Source of the DNA: the human T2T-CHM13v2.0 reference genome, Homo sapiens
NCBI RefSeq assembly: GCF_009914755.1
Contig: NC_060928.1
DNA: 64,000 nt
Reading direction: 5' to 3' (one strand)
Made by a program: the position numbers and the translations under genes. Under the pieces are notes generated by a model. It was not told the origin of the DNA, made no database searches, and saw only the letters and a program-made list of their open reading frames with translations. Shown here in pieces: positions 1 to 13,410 of the stretch; the first letter of the stretch is position 1, and each line of letters begins with the position of its first letter.

Positions 1-782
1 AAAGGGGTAAAGAATTATATATTATACATATTAAAAACATATACATATTAAAAACAAGGAATTTTAGAAAAAAGAAAGTCTACAGAATCAAACAAAGCTA
101 ACAGGATTTGTTAAAATTTTAGTTTACCATCAGACTCATCAAAACATTTAAATACTCTATTGAGTCCTTTGACATTAATCAAATTTAGTAAACCAATAAT
201 TTTAATCGATTTTATTTATGTAGATGTGCGTGTATAGCTAGATGTATGTATGTATGTGCACTTGAATTTGTACTTATATAGACGTGTGTGTGTATACATA
301 TATACCTTACATACATCTGTTCAAAATAAAACAGACCAATAATATTCTGTAAACTCAAGCAAATATGTTACCTGTGCTTACCCTATAATTTTCTATCACA
401 AAAAATAAAAGCAGCACAGGGTGCAGAACTGGTCCTATTTCATCAACAGCTGTAAGGGTTCATTGGTCCTTAATTGTTCTCTCATGTAGTCGTACAATGT
501 CATTTCAACTAAATAAGACTTTTCAAAAATTATTTTCAATAATTTTACTTCCTCAATACCACAAAAGGTGATGTCCAGTTTCAAGTTTGATGGAGGTACT
601 TTCTTGCTGGTGGAGACACCAAGAAAATTCAACAAAATCACTATTTCTTTGGTATATTTAGTGGAGTACACAATGCCAAAACAAGACTCTATAAGTAAAA
701 TCACTAATAATCCTTCCAAACAAAACATAGTTGTTACTATAATAAAATAGCAGCAATTTGCAATGACTATAACAGAGCTCAC

Positions 783-961
783 CTGTTCGTTTTTGCAAAG
801 CCACACACTGTTTCCACTTAACACAGTAAAAATTTTTGCCTTATAGCCTCTCAATTCAAGATATCCACATTTCTCAGGTGTAACAACAGCTTGAGACTGC
901 GAGGTAAGGGATTGTGATTTCAGTGCATTTAATAGTATGCTGATCCAGTCATTTCTCTCCT
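783..961 (-). CDS. ARAP2: ARAP2 exon 9 (179 nt, c.1679-1857): end of PH1 and start of PH2
   Basis: Acceptor ttttcag|AGGAG, donor CAG|gtgag; encodes EERNDWISILLNALK...SVWLCKNEQ; phase 1 to 0. Confidence 0.95.
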
Positions 962-1149
962 CTGAAAATGAAGACAGGAGAAAATACATAAATCCACATA
1001 TAAGTTACATAGACACAGAAACGTCAAGAAGAAATCCATGCCCTTTGCAACACATAAGTGACAGATTCTTTCCCACAACCACAATCTAAATGCTACTGTA
1101 AACAGAGCCAATGACTCAATTCTTTGAGGGAAAAGGAGTAACAATATCC

Positions 1150-1300
1150 AGTTGTCTTGAAATCAGTTCCACTGGCTTTACCTGAGAGTTTATTAGAAAT
1201 GCAAAATCTCAGGCCCTACTCCAGATCTGATGAATCACAGGCTGTATTTTAAAAAGAACTGCAGATGCTCTGTATCCCTGTTAATATCTGAGAAGCCCTC
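1150..1300. mobile_element. MER5A-like hAT-Charlie relic
   Basis: ttagaaatgcaaaatctcaggccctactccagatctgatgaatca resembles the MER5A core; boundaries approximate. Confidence 0.65.
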
Positions 1301-2946
1301 TTTTAGATCACTCATGAGATTAGATTTTCTTTTAATAGAAGAATGTGATATTGCTACTCAACAATTAACAGATTGTATGTGGCAAGTCAGTTACTCAAAG
1401 ACCCCGAAAATCCTACTTCCAATCACTTGGAACCTGCTCTAGAGTATGCCTGCTTCAGTGTCACTTACCCATTCCACTCTCACCACAGTAAATAACAATA
1501 GCATTTCACCTGGCAAATTAAAATTTGGTTCTCCTACTCCTTCCACAAAAGCTAAGTGACCTTCAATTATGAACAATGCACTGTGTTACAGGCATAGGAA
1601 TTCGATCTAGTCCCCAAGGAGCAATTAAAGCTATAAGTCAAGCAAGATTTGAACACATAATGGAACACAGTAGTATAAACGTCATATAAATGGTATGAAA
1701 TAATATATGAGTCAATTGAGATAAGTGATTTGCTGAAGGTCATATAGCAAGTTAGTATTAAAGTGAGGAAAATCAAATGTTTTAACTCTCGAACAACTTT
1801 TCTTGAAACTATGGGGGTAAAAAAGAGGTATATGTGGTAGATCTTGAGGATGAAGAGCAATTCAAAAGACTAAACTGGAATTTGGAAGAGGGAAGAGAAT
1901 AGGATTTTGAGCAGAGGTTACCAGAAGAACAAAGGCAGAAAAACCAACATCCATTCAGGGATTAATTTATCAATGAATACATTTATAACTCTGAACTCAC
2001 ACGAAAAAAATGGGAAATATGACCAGGGAATTCATACTGCCTGTTTAGGAATGTTGTCTTTATTACAGAGGCAAAAGAAAACCATTTCACCATTTTTAGC
2101 AATAAAAAGACATTATAATAATACAGACAATGACAGGTAGACCATACTGGAAGCCTGAAGATCAGGGACCAGGCAATGAAGGCTTAAAATACTGTGAAAA
2201 TTGAAATACAATGACTAATGAGGAATTAAGGCATTTAGGAGAGTGAAAAAAATTAGTTGTATACATATGATGGGTGTTGATAAGAAAAACAAATTACTCA
2301 GAATAAAAGGTAACGTGGCATCAGAAATTGGCCAGGCGAAGAAGGAGAATCCAATTAGTTAACAGAACAACCTCAGGTTTTCAGTGCCGTGGCATGCGCA
2401 TCCACGCAGACTCATAGCACTATGTGAACAACAGTAACCTGTACATAAGAAGACCCATGGAAATGAATTAACATAGAGTGTAAAAGGAGAAGAAACTGGC
2501 AAACCTTGAGGTACAACTATATCTATAAGGCTGGAAATTGGGCTACCAGAACATATGGAGAAGTAGTTATCAAAGCAAAAGGAAATAAAGCAAAACATAC
2601 TGAATCACGAGTAGTAAAAGCTTTCACAGGATGAAGGAGGAAGAGAAAGCAGAGCCCAGTTTGGGAAATGGGACAGTTTCTCAGATCCTTCTCAGACAGG
2701 TCTGCCCAGTGACTTCATTATGGATTGAAGTAAGTCTCCGTATTACACTTACTCATATTCAAACTTGAATCCAAAGTTATTTCATAATGAGTCTTTTTCA
2801 ATTATCATTGTTCTTGTTCGCCTTCAAAACTAATAAAAACAGTTGATTGTGTCTTTAATCACCAAAGTCAAAATGTTTATTAAAAAACTCATTCGATAGT
2901 GCTTTATTGCAGGTGTTACATAATCTTCCAGATATTTGTGCTTGAT

Positions 2947-3252
2947 GGCTGGGTGTGGTGTCCCACACCCGTAATCCCAGCACTCTGGGAGGCCAAGAGG
3001 GGAGGAACATTTGAGGTCAGGAGCTCAAGACCAGCCTGGCCAACATGGTGACACCCGGTCTATACTAAAACTACACACACAAAAATTAGCTGGGCATGGT
3101 GGCAGTAATCCAAGCAACTCAGGAGGCTGAGGCATGAGAATAGCTTGAACCTGGGAGACTGAGGTTGCAGTGAGCCCAGATCATGCCACTGCACTCCAGC
3201 CTGGGCAACAAGAGCAAAACTTCGTCCCCCCGCTCCCCCGCCAAAAAAAAAA
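2947..3252 (+). mobile_element. Alu (AluS, Sq/Sp-like)
   Basis: Two arms, A-rich linker and A tail; ggcaacaagagcaaaact end; imperfect TSD (…gtgcttg). Confidence 0.93.
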
Positions 3253-4634
3253 GAATTGGTGCTTGTTGCAATATATCAGGATGAAATATTTATCAAATGT
3301 CCCTAGCATTGTTATACATCATAAACCAAAAGACATTAAAATATTCAAGTAGCTAAGTCAATGTCCATATGCAGCAGCTATTCTACATTTTTCCATCTAC
3401 ATAAACAGATCCAGATTGTACTACAATAATTTATTACATTTTCAGTTACAGCAACAGAACTTCCACTTAACCTGGTTATTACTTGTGATCGTTAGTTTCA
3501 CGTAAGATATTCCTGCCGAATAAATGGTACATAATGGTTTTTGTTTGTTTCTTTATTTGTGCTAACCCATATAAATCACTGTGTTTGAAATGTAGGTCAT
3601 AATTTAATGAGTTGGGCCTAAGTGTCTATGGCTTTTAGATTACTGTTAGCATATATTTCAGTTTCTCAGGAATTAATTTAAAACTGGCAATTGCATCTGT
3701 TGGAATTAACCTTACTTTGGCTGCATCTCAACACATAGCCTAGAAGAATTATCTAGCTCCTGAGGGACTCAGTTACTAATAGGAAGTAAACAGTCACGAA
3801 GAAGAACAGGAATTAATAGTAGCATTCAGTTTATTCTGAATTAGCCATGTCAATGGAAAGGAACAACGGAACAGATAATCTAAACACAATAAAATAGATT
3901 ACAAGTGTCAACTGTATTTGGCCGTGCAATGTGTGCATCCTGAGATATGGGGGAATATGCTTTGATAAGTCACAATATTCCAAACCAAATAATGATTTCC
4001 CATTGGACAAGAGTCTAGGGTAAAGTTAGATACTGTGCTAGCTTTTGCCTGTTCTTCAAACCAAGATACTTCTTATTCTTACCGATAACAAATATCTATT
4101 GAGTGTCTATCTTGATCTTAGCACTGTGCTAAGCACCAATCCTCCTGGAAACAAGCTCTGACCTACATATGGCTTGGCTCTAAGAATAGCATTCCAGGCT
4201 GGACAAAAAGAAAGGGAGTGGGGAAAGCAAAGAATAAGTGTTGAAATTGCCATTTTCTTGTGATTATGCTAGAATGTAAATACAAAACAATAGTAAATTC
4301 CTAAAACCTCAAATTAGTTCTTGATGTTTTCAGGAATGCCAGCTTAGAGTATAAGAATAAAAAAAAAAAGAGGTTTAAGAAAAATCGAGACAATATTCTC
4401 TGGACTACTGGGTTTAGCAGTAGGCATACTCCTTAATAACAAGGGATTGGTTATACTAGAGATTACTACATAAGGGCCATGCAAAACATCAACAACATTA
4501 TCTAATAAAGTTTAGCTGGACCTTTACTTCTGATATGTTAATATGATCTGACTAAAGTTCCCTCAATGAAATTCCTGATCAATATCAGAGAAGGAAGTAG
4601 TGCACATAAGTGTTGTTCTTCAAATTGATAACCA

Positions 4635-5451
4635 ATCACTCATACAAATATTTACTAAGCCTATTATGTTCCCAAACCTATTCTGAATACCAGGAATGGA
4701 GCAGTGAACAAGACTGACCATGACCTTATTCTCCTGGAGTTTACACTCTAGTGAAAGGAGGAAGGCCATAAAAACTTAAATATACATTACACAGTGGCAA
4801 GTGCAATTGGGTACCTTAAACACAAGATGGGGGGCCCAGGGAGTATTATTTTGTACAGGATACATAAGAAGCCTCAGAAGAAGGGGATGGTTAGCCAAAA
4901 GCCTGATGGGAAAGGAAGTAAAGAAGCAGGTCCAGCTGAGGAGCAGGCTGGAGGAAGAGCATTCTAGGATAAGGTGAACATGTAACAAGGCCCTGAGACA
5001 ACAGCAGATTTGGTATATTCAAGGAACAAAAGGCCCTGGTAGGTGAACCAACCACAGTACAGGAGAAAGGGAACACAAAAAGATAAGGACAGAAAGACCA
5101 AGGCCAGATCATGCGGGGTTTTTGGACCTCACAAGTACTTTTTACTCTCAGTAAGATGCAGAAACTGGCCGGGCATGGTGGCTCACGCCTGTAATCCCAG
5201 CACTTTGGTAGGCCAAGGCTGGCAAATCACGAGGTCAGGATATTGAGACCATCCTGGCTAACACGGTGAAACCCGAGCTCCACTAAAAATACAAAAAATT
5301 AGCCGTGCATGTTGGCACACGCCCATAGTCCCAGCTACTTCGGAGGCTGAGGTAGGAGAATCGCTTGCTTGAACCAGGGAGGTGGAGTTTGCAGTGAGCC
5401 GAGATTGTGCCACTGCACTCCAGCCTGTGTGACAGAGCGAGACTCCATCTC

Positions 5452-5494
<43 letters not shown>

Positions 5495-5945
5495 GATGCA
5501 GAATCCATGGAGCGTAAAGTGAACTGACATGATTTGACCTTCGTATTAAATAACTGCTCCGACAAGTACAGGAAAAATGTGATGACAGCTGATCTCATGA
5601 GATGATTAAAATAATCCTGATAGCAGTGGAGTTGTTGAGAATTGGTCAGGATCTAAACACATTTTCTAAGTCAAACTGATGGACTAGATATGAAGTGAGA
5701 AGAAAAAGATTCAAGAATAACTGCATACTTCACGGCCTAAGCACCTGAGGCTTCTATTTGCTGAGATGAGGAAGATTACAAGGGAGAAAGTTTGGTTGAG
5801 AGGGTGGAAATGGGAATTTTGATATGCCAAGTGTGAGGTGTTACTAGGCACCCATGTTGGCATGTCAAGTAGGCTGCTGAATATATGACTGTGGAGTACA
5901 GGAAGAGGTCAGGATGGAGATACACATTTGACATCAGTCACCCTA
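4635..5945 (-). mobile_element. L2 3' portion, interrupted by an Alu
   Basis: caaatatttactaagcctattatg...agcagtgaacaagac...ctcctggagtttacactctagtg is the reverse L2 3' end; boundaries approximate. Confidence 0.7.
5167..5494 (+). mobile_element. Alu (AluY/Sc-like) with (TAAA)n tail
   Basis: gagaccatcctggctaacacggtgaaaccc diagnostic; (TAAA)~10 at 5452-5494; TSD taagatgcagaa. Confidence 0.95.
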
Positions 5946-7971
5946 AAACCAAGAGATCGCCTTTAAAACCAGACTTGGGGCCCCACAATCGAGTATTTTA
6001 AACAGAATTTGGAGTCCTAGCAAGTTCCTAAAATACATTACGTCAGAAACTTCCAGAATATCATAATGAAGTCTTCAAAGGAAACACTTAGCAAACCATC
6101 ATTAATGAGATTAAGGAGGGTGAGTTAAGTAAAGGGATAGTAAATGTTTCATGCCTTGCTTTGAAAAACATTGAAGATTTCAAAAGAGGTAAGAGTCTGC
6201 TTGCCCAGAAAAACTAAGGGGGGCATTCTTATGTTCTTTTTAAAATTTTTTTTAATTAAAAAAAAAAGACTTTTCCATATCAGTATCAGAGCTGCCACTG
6301 GATGGCTGTATGATGTTGTCTAAAAGCAGAACTGAGAGAATAACACACGTGCATGTTTCCCACGGGATCTAGAATCTGCTAAGATGGACAGAAGCACAGG
6401 GCCTGCAGGTGAGCACCAGTTCTGAAAATGGCCTTGGAAAGGGAATGCCCACTCAAAATTCTTAAGCTCTCTTCTAAGCACCAGAACTGTGCACTCAAAA
6501 CATCACGAGTGTTTTGAAGTATCACATCTCCATGTGTGACTGCAGGTGCAAAGGAATACAGACTGATTGGAGAGATCAATAGCTGTTATGATCCACAGAC
6601 GAATTCCAGTGACTCTGCTTGAGAACAACAGGAGTCAGACTTAATTTCGTACTTTGGGAAGTGTATTTTTTAAATGTTATTATTTCAATAAAATTCACTT
6701 GCAACTAAGAGAAGAACAATGTTTCATTAGGAAATTAGCCGGGGAGGGATAGGAGCCTTAGAAAACTCGTGAGGAAAAGATTCCAAACTATAATCCTGTC
6801 TTAGTAACACCAGGGGGTGATGGAGCAGTTTAGAAATAACAACACTGGTCAGGGAAGACAAAGAATAGCTATTGTATATAGATCATTCAAAGCCTTATCA
6901 CCAAAAGTAAAGAATTCATGTCTGTTAAGACGCCAAAACTTTCCCCTTTTTGTTCTAAACTTTAATTTTGCTTCTTCACTCAATCAAAATAGACTTGAAT
7001 TTAGCTTCAAGTTTATTAAGTTAAAGTCCTTAAGCCACTCTAGTTGATCTACCAGTTCCCACAAAATAAAAGATAGTTAACCATCTGTATACATAGAAGG
7101 AAACTTTATCAAGTGTATTAAGTTTACACTTAATAATACTTTATTAATAACACTTTATTAAGTGTATTAAGTACACTTAATAAAACATATTTAGTGTACT
7201 GTTGAAAGTTCCATACAAAACATATAGATGCATAAACATATATATATATATATACGTACACACACCTCTACACCCACTTATCTTTAAAATCATGAGTTGT
7301 TACTATGTAAAAAGAACTTTTAATCAAAATAACTCATTCAGTAATTCCATGTGTATACAGTGTTTTCACTGAAGCAATATGTCTATGGTTTCAAAAATTA
7401 AAGACCTACAACTTATTTTAAAAACGAAAAATTTATACTGAAGTTAATGAAATTTTTATACTGCCCCAAGTTTATATCAGAAAGATGAACTATACACCAC
7501 AGAAGGATTTATCTGTCAATTGTGAACATGCACTTTTTAAACATGTGTGGATTGGTACACTCTACTTAAATAAAACGTGTCTGTTTAACTTTTAATGTGT
7601 CAAGTAAATATGGCTAAACAGATTTTCATACAAGTTGGAAGCTGTATTTAGTGTGTCTATCTTAAAATGCAGGCTACGTAGCAATGTGAAATTCATTTGG
7701 AGAGTCCAAGAGAAAGGTGATAAGCACCTCAAAGAAACAAGCAGTTACCTTTCAGGGTGGTGGAAACCAAACCATAAGGAAAGACTGTCATAATAGTCAT
7801 TCAAGAGAAGCAATGCCATGTGCTTCAAGAAACACAGTAAGAGAAAAACTCTGATTTCAAATGGAACTCTCATATCAAGTATCACAACTGTGGACAGTTT
7901 TCTGAATTTCAGGCAATAATTCACAAAAAGTGGCTCCTCATATAGGTAATTCTAGGTAAAATGCTTGAGGG

Positions 7972-8182
7972 CAGGGGTTTGCACACTTTGTCTTTGAAAA
8001 TTCAGATAGTAAACATTTTAGGCTTTACCGGCCACAGTCTGTGCCACAACTACTCAGTGATACCACTGAGTGTGAATGAATGAGAAATGAATGAATGACA
8101 ATGGTTGTTATCTAACAAGACTTTATTTACCAAAACAGGCACTGAGCCAGATTTAGGCTGCAGATCAGTTTGCTGACCCCTA
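7972..8182. mobile_element. MER58A (hAT-Charlie MITE)
   Basis: TIRs caggggtttgcacac...tttgctgacccc; internal cagatagtaaacattttaggcttt. Confidence 0.75.
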
Positions 8183-8630
8183 CTCTGGGACTCTAGCTTT
8201 CGTTCAACATTATTTTTAAATACTAAGAAACTTTTTTTATGTTACATCTATACACTATGTACATAGATAGGTTTCACAATATAACATCTACTTTAAGCAA
8301 TGCACTTTGATATTTATTATTTTCTGTTTGGGGTTTGTCTTTTTATTGAGGGAGGGTGTTTCTGGTGACATCATAAACCACTAAGTTGATCTCAGTAATC
8401 CACAGTTTGAACAAAGCTGCTCCAGTGTGAAGGCCTGCTGGAATGTACCCATTTATTGAGTACCCCAAGAAACAATGGAAACGTTTTAGTAGTATATAAT
8501 ATTTATTGACTGCTTTTTATGTGCTATGCACTGACATATGTGCCAGGAATCTAGCAGTTAAAAAAAAAGAAAATGTTACCCCATAACAGTTAACACTGTA
8601 GTCATTTCCAACTGGTGGTGAACACTCTTA

Positions 8631-8949
<319 letters not shown>

Positions 8950-9473
8950 GGATAATAATTTTAATACTACCAACCTTATGAGACTGTTGTGAAAATGAAG
9001 ACTTAGCAAAGTGTCTGGCACATATCAGGTATTCAGTCAATTTCCCATACCATTATAATTCAAATAATTAAAGCACCAAGAAGTACTTCTAAAAATCAAG
9101 TTGAATTATATATCTATTCCTAAATAAAAGTTGTCCATAAAATAAGTTAAATACTAATTCTTAATGCGATGGTATTATCTAAATTATTAAAACCAGTGAA
9201 TTTATAGTAATGACATATTATGATAGTCAAATAAAATACACAACAGAGAACTTTTAATTTCTCTGGCTCCTCCCCAACCCTTATTCAAACAAAATTCAGA
9301 AAAGATTTCTCTGTACACATTTAAACTCAATCCAGAAAACATGTGCCATCTTTGGGTCGGCTTTTACCATCAAGTGCCCCATAGATGATATAGATGAAAA
9401 GAATTCAAGAAATATAAAAGATGCTCCAAAATCTACCATAGAATGATTACTGTGCCTGTGCGGTCAGCTAAAG

Positions 9474-10014
9474 CGGGGGTCCCCAAACCCAAGACCATGG
9501 ACTGGTACCATTACATGGTCTGTTAGGAACAGGGCCACACAGCAGAAGGTGAGCAGCAGGCGAGCCAGTGAAGCTTCATCTGTATCTACAGCCACTCCTG
9601 GCTGCATCTATAGCCACCACTGGCATTACTGCCTGAGCTCTGCCTCCTGTCAGATCACAGGTGGCATTAGATTCTCACAGCAGCACAAACTCTACTGTAA
9701 AATGTGCATGCAAGGAATTTAGGTTGTGTGCTCCTTATGAGAGTCTAATGCCTGACAATGTCACTGTCTCCCATCAGCCCCAGATGGGGCCATTTAGTTG
9801 CAAGAAAACAAGCTCAGGGATCCCACTGATTCTACATTATGGTGAGTTGTATAATTATTTCATTATATACTACAATGTAATAATAACAGAACTAAAACAC
9901 ACAATAAATGTAATGTGCTTCAATCATCCAGGAACCATCTCCCCACCACCGGTTCATGGAAAAATTGTCTTCCACGAAACCAGTCCCTGGTGCAAAAAAG
10001 GTTGGGAACCACTG
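9474..10014 (+). mobile_element. MER1A (hAT-Charlie)
   Basis: cgggggtccccaaacc...ggtgcaaaaaaggttgggaaccactg, ~540 bp; accounts for track ORF 9661..10026. Confidence 0.85.
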
Positions 10015-10409
10015 AGCCTGCCATAAATGTCCATATAACCAACTTAATAGTTAGAAAAATTGTTTTTGCATATCAAATAACTATTTTGCATTATCAAAAC
10101 AACATCTCAAAGGTTAGCTCCACGAAAGCAGAGAATTGTGTCTACTTTTTTTCACATTGTATATGCAGAACTTATGAGTCCTTAGCACACAATAGGCTCT
10201 CATTAAATATTTGTTGCATGAAAGAGAAAACAAATAACTTGTCAACTTATTTATGTTTTAACATTATGCATTTGAAAAATTAATTTTAAAATGTAAATTA
10301 TCAAAAAGTAATATATTTAAAGGTTTCTTGACATTCCTAGTCTAACTGGTTTATTAATATGATTAGTCAGAAATTAATGTATTTCATATGGATAAATAAA
10401 TAATCTCAC

Positions 10410-10530
10410 CTTCTTTTTCTACTCTAAAAACAAAAGTTCTTTGTGTTGTAACAACTTCAAATTTGTTGTCTCCTTGAACTCGTACTGTTGATATAGCAGA
10501 AAGGGGAATTATTCCTTTCGAATACATCTC
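10410..10530 (-). CDS. ARAP2: ARAP2 exon 8 (121 nt, c.1558-1678): PH1
   Basis: Acceptor aatacag|GAGATG, donor GAAG|gtgaga; encodes EMYSKGIIPLSAISTVRVQGDNKFEVVTTQRTFVFRVEKE. Not in the ORF track. Confidence 0.95.
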
Positions 10531-12204
10531 CTGTATTGGTTAGAAAAAAAGAGAAGACATATGAAAACGAAATTCTCTTGATCTTATCAAAAAAGAATGG
10601 CACAGTATTTATAACTGCTTCTCTTTATAATTTCAATCCAAATTTTTTAAATGCCATACAAGTAATTTGTCCACTCATATTCTCATGTAATACCCTAGAA
10701 AAGAAACTATTAAATATCCCCTTCTTTGAAGTGAGATCTTTTCAACTTTCTCTTCATCTGGAATTAAAAGGGAAAGAATCAAATACAAACAATCCTACTA
10801 AACTAGCAATACAGAGTTCCAAAAACCAGCAGCATGTTCTTTAAAACAATCTGCTCAAAATGATTTTATGGTGTTTGCAGGCATCTGCTGGCCACAACAG
10901 GTACTGTAACTGAACCATTTTGAAACGAGTTTGTTACTTATTAGGAACCAAAATATACCTTAAACACATATCGGGTTTTCTAAATTAACCATGTTACTCA
11001 AAGCTCTGATGATGAGCATCTCAACCTCAAACTGTATCATTTTAATTTTTACTCTTCAATGAATAAAGAATAAAAAAAGACAGATTTTTCTGTTTCCAAA
11101 CAGCATATAAATATTACAAATTTTGTTTAAAAAAGGTCATTCTTAAGACTTCGATAACTTTTTAATCCATCTTCATTTTCCTGGACCCTCTCAAATCATG
11201 TCATGATAACTACTGCACAATTTCAACTCTTTATGTTTTCTGGGCCCCGTGTTGGAAAGAAAATTCAGAGTGCTTATACTTTCAAGGAGCCTCAAAATGA
11301 AAACCCAGCTACTGCAATGAGAGAAGAGTTTAAAACTGGGTAAAAACTAAGGGATTTAAGAGTACAAAGACGGAAAATCTCAATTCTGCTTAAAGGCTGT
11401 GAGGTATACCTTTACAAACATGGTGGTATTTAAACCCGACTTTTAAAAAACCTTAATTTTAACCAGATAGACAAGTGCGTGGGGGGCATTCTAGTCAAAA
11501 AGACTAAATAATGGAAGTGTAAGGCAGAGAAATAAGAGGACAACAACATAGAGTCAAAAGATAGGAGGCTGATAACGCATACCAAGGACACATTATAGAA
11601 GGTCTGCAATATTAAAAGAGTTTGGATACATCCTTAAGGGATTTCTTTATCTCTTCCCTTCCACAGCGTTATCCTTGGAACCCACACTTTTGAGCAGGTC
11701 CCAGATATAACTGATTTGGAAAAAACAGCAAACCATTCCATGCAGGGAGCAAGTACTGAGTTTATATTTCTCCTAGCCATAAATTCCTGCCTTAGCAATT
11801 GGTAAGGGACAGTCATCATTAGCATCATGGCATTCTACCAGAAGGATATCCTCTTCTGCTATTTAAGGAGATACACTATATCATCATGGCATTATCTCTG
11901 AGTATTTTTTAAGTTTCTTCTCCTTCACTAGCTCTGTTCCAATCTCCCATCCCTGACTTTATTTATCCATCAAAATCCTATCCATCCTTTAATGTAATCT
12001 TAAATACCAATGCAATGAAGGCTCTCCTATGTCCTCCCATGCAGCCAAAACTGAGTATGGCAAATGAGCTGTGATTCAGGAAGATGAATGGGCAACCTTA
12101 TACAGAAAAGAGAGAAGGATGTCAAGAAATAAGCACTTAGTAAACAACTTATTTCTTCTCCTTTTTACTTTATCTTCTCTCCCTATAAAAATCCTTTTCC
12201 ACTA

Positions 12205-12690
12205 ATTTTTTTTAATTTTCTAAATTAACACATAATAATTGTTCGTATTTATGGGATACATAGTGATGTCATGATACATAGTGATGTCGTGATACATATA
12301 AAGTATAATGACCAGAAGAGGTAACAAGCATGTCCATCATCTCAATTATTCATCATCTCTCTGTGTTGGAAACATTCAATATCCTCCTTCTGGCTATTTG
12401 AAACTATATTAAATTAGTGTTAACTACAGTCATCCTACAGTGCTATAGAACACTAGGACTTATTCCGCCTCTCTAGCTATAAGTTCCTGCCCTTTAACAA
12501 ATCTCTCCCTATGTCCTCCTTCTCCCTACCCTTCACAGCCTCTACTATCCTCTGTACTACTTTTTACTTTGGTAAGATTCACTTTGAAAAAAGCTTCCTC
12601 ATCAGTGAGAATATGGGCTGTTTAACTTTCTGTTCCTGCCGTATTTCACTTAATATAATGTCCTCCAGCTCTACCAACTTTATGCAGAGT
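12205..12690 (-). mobile_element. L1MA-type 3' UTR fragment containing an 18-bp tandem duplication (12255-12298)
   Basis: Poly-T start and L1MA 3'UTR motifs; gatacatagtgatgtc(a/g)t x2.4. Confidence 0.8.
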
Positions 12691-13039
12691 AATCTAAAAT
12701 TTCTCTCTTCCTTTCTTATCTATTCATTTCACTCAATTTCACTGCCATATTTCAAGTCATCAGTAGTCTACGTAACTGTCTTGTAAGCACCATAAACTGT
12801 AAAACTGAATTTATTTTCACCTGAAGACTTACACTCTCCTTATATCTGTCCATTAAAATATCAACTCTTCCAGTCCATCTGAAATAGAATGAAGTCATCT
12901 TTGACCTTTGCTGGTTCCTTTGCACCCACATAGCTTGCATTCTCCCCACATCTAGAATAAACTTCCTCCCCACCACTCACCAACTGTGAATTACTGTCAC
13001 ATTGGTTTTCTTGAGGTTTCCTGAATATATCACATTTCT

Positions 13040-13410
13040 ACCCAAGCCAGTGCCTTTGCATACACTGTTTGCTCTGCAACGAATTGTCTTCACGCCCATC
13101 TGCACATACTTACTGCCTCCTCAACCTTCATATTTCAGCATAAATATATCCTCCTGAAGAAAGCCTTTCTGACCAGCACATTCTCTCAAACCCCTCATCC
13201 TCACAGATAACCCTAATTTAAGCTAACAGCAACCTGGATTTTTCCTTTATAACAATTATTCATTGTGATTTAAACGGTGACTTTATATTTACCTGTGTGA
13301 TCATTTAATTAATATATTCTCCCCAAATAGGCTTCAGGTCATTTATCTACATTCCTCACCACCTTTCATGTAGTTAATACTATAGAAATATTTTCTGAAT
13401 GAATGAATCC
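13040..13410 (+). mobile_element. L2 3' end
   Basis: gcctttgcatacactgtttgctctgc...ends ctgaatgaatgaat. Confidence 0.6.

Noticed and set aside
9661-10283. Two ~120-aa plus-strand ORFs
   Set aside because: They start in MER1A and show no transposase motifs or splice support.
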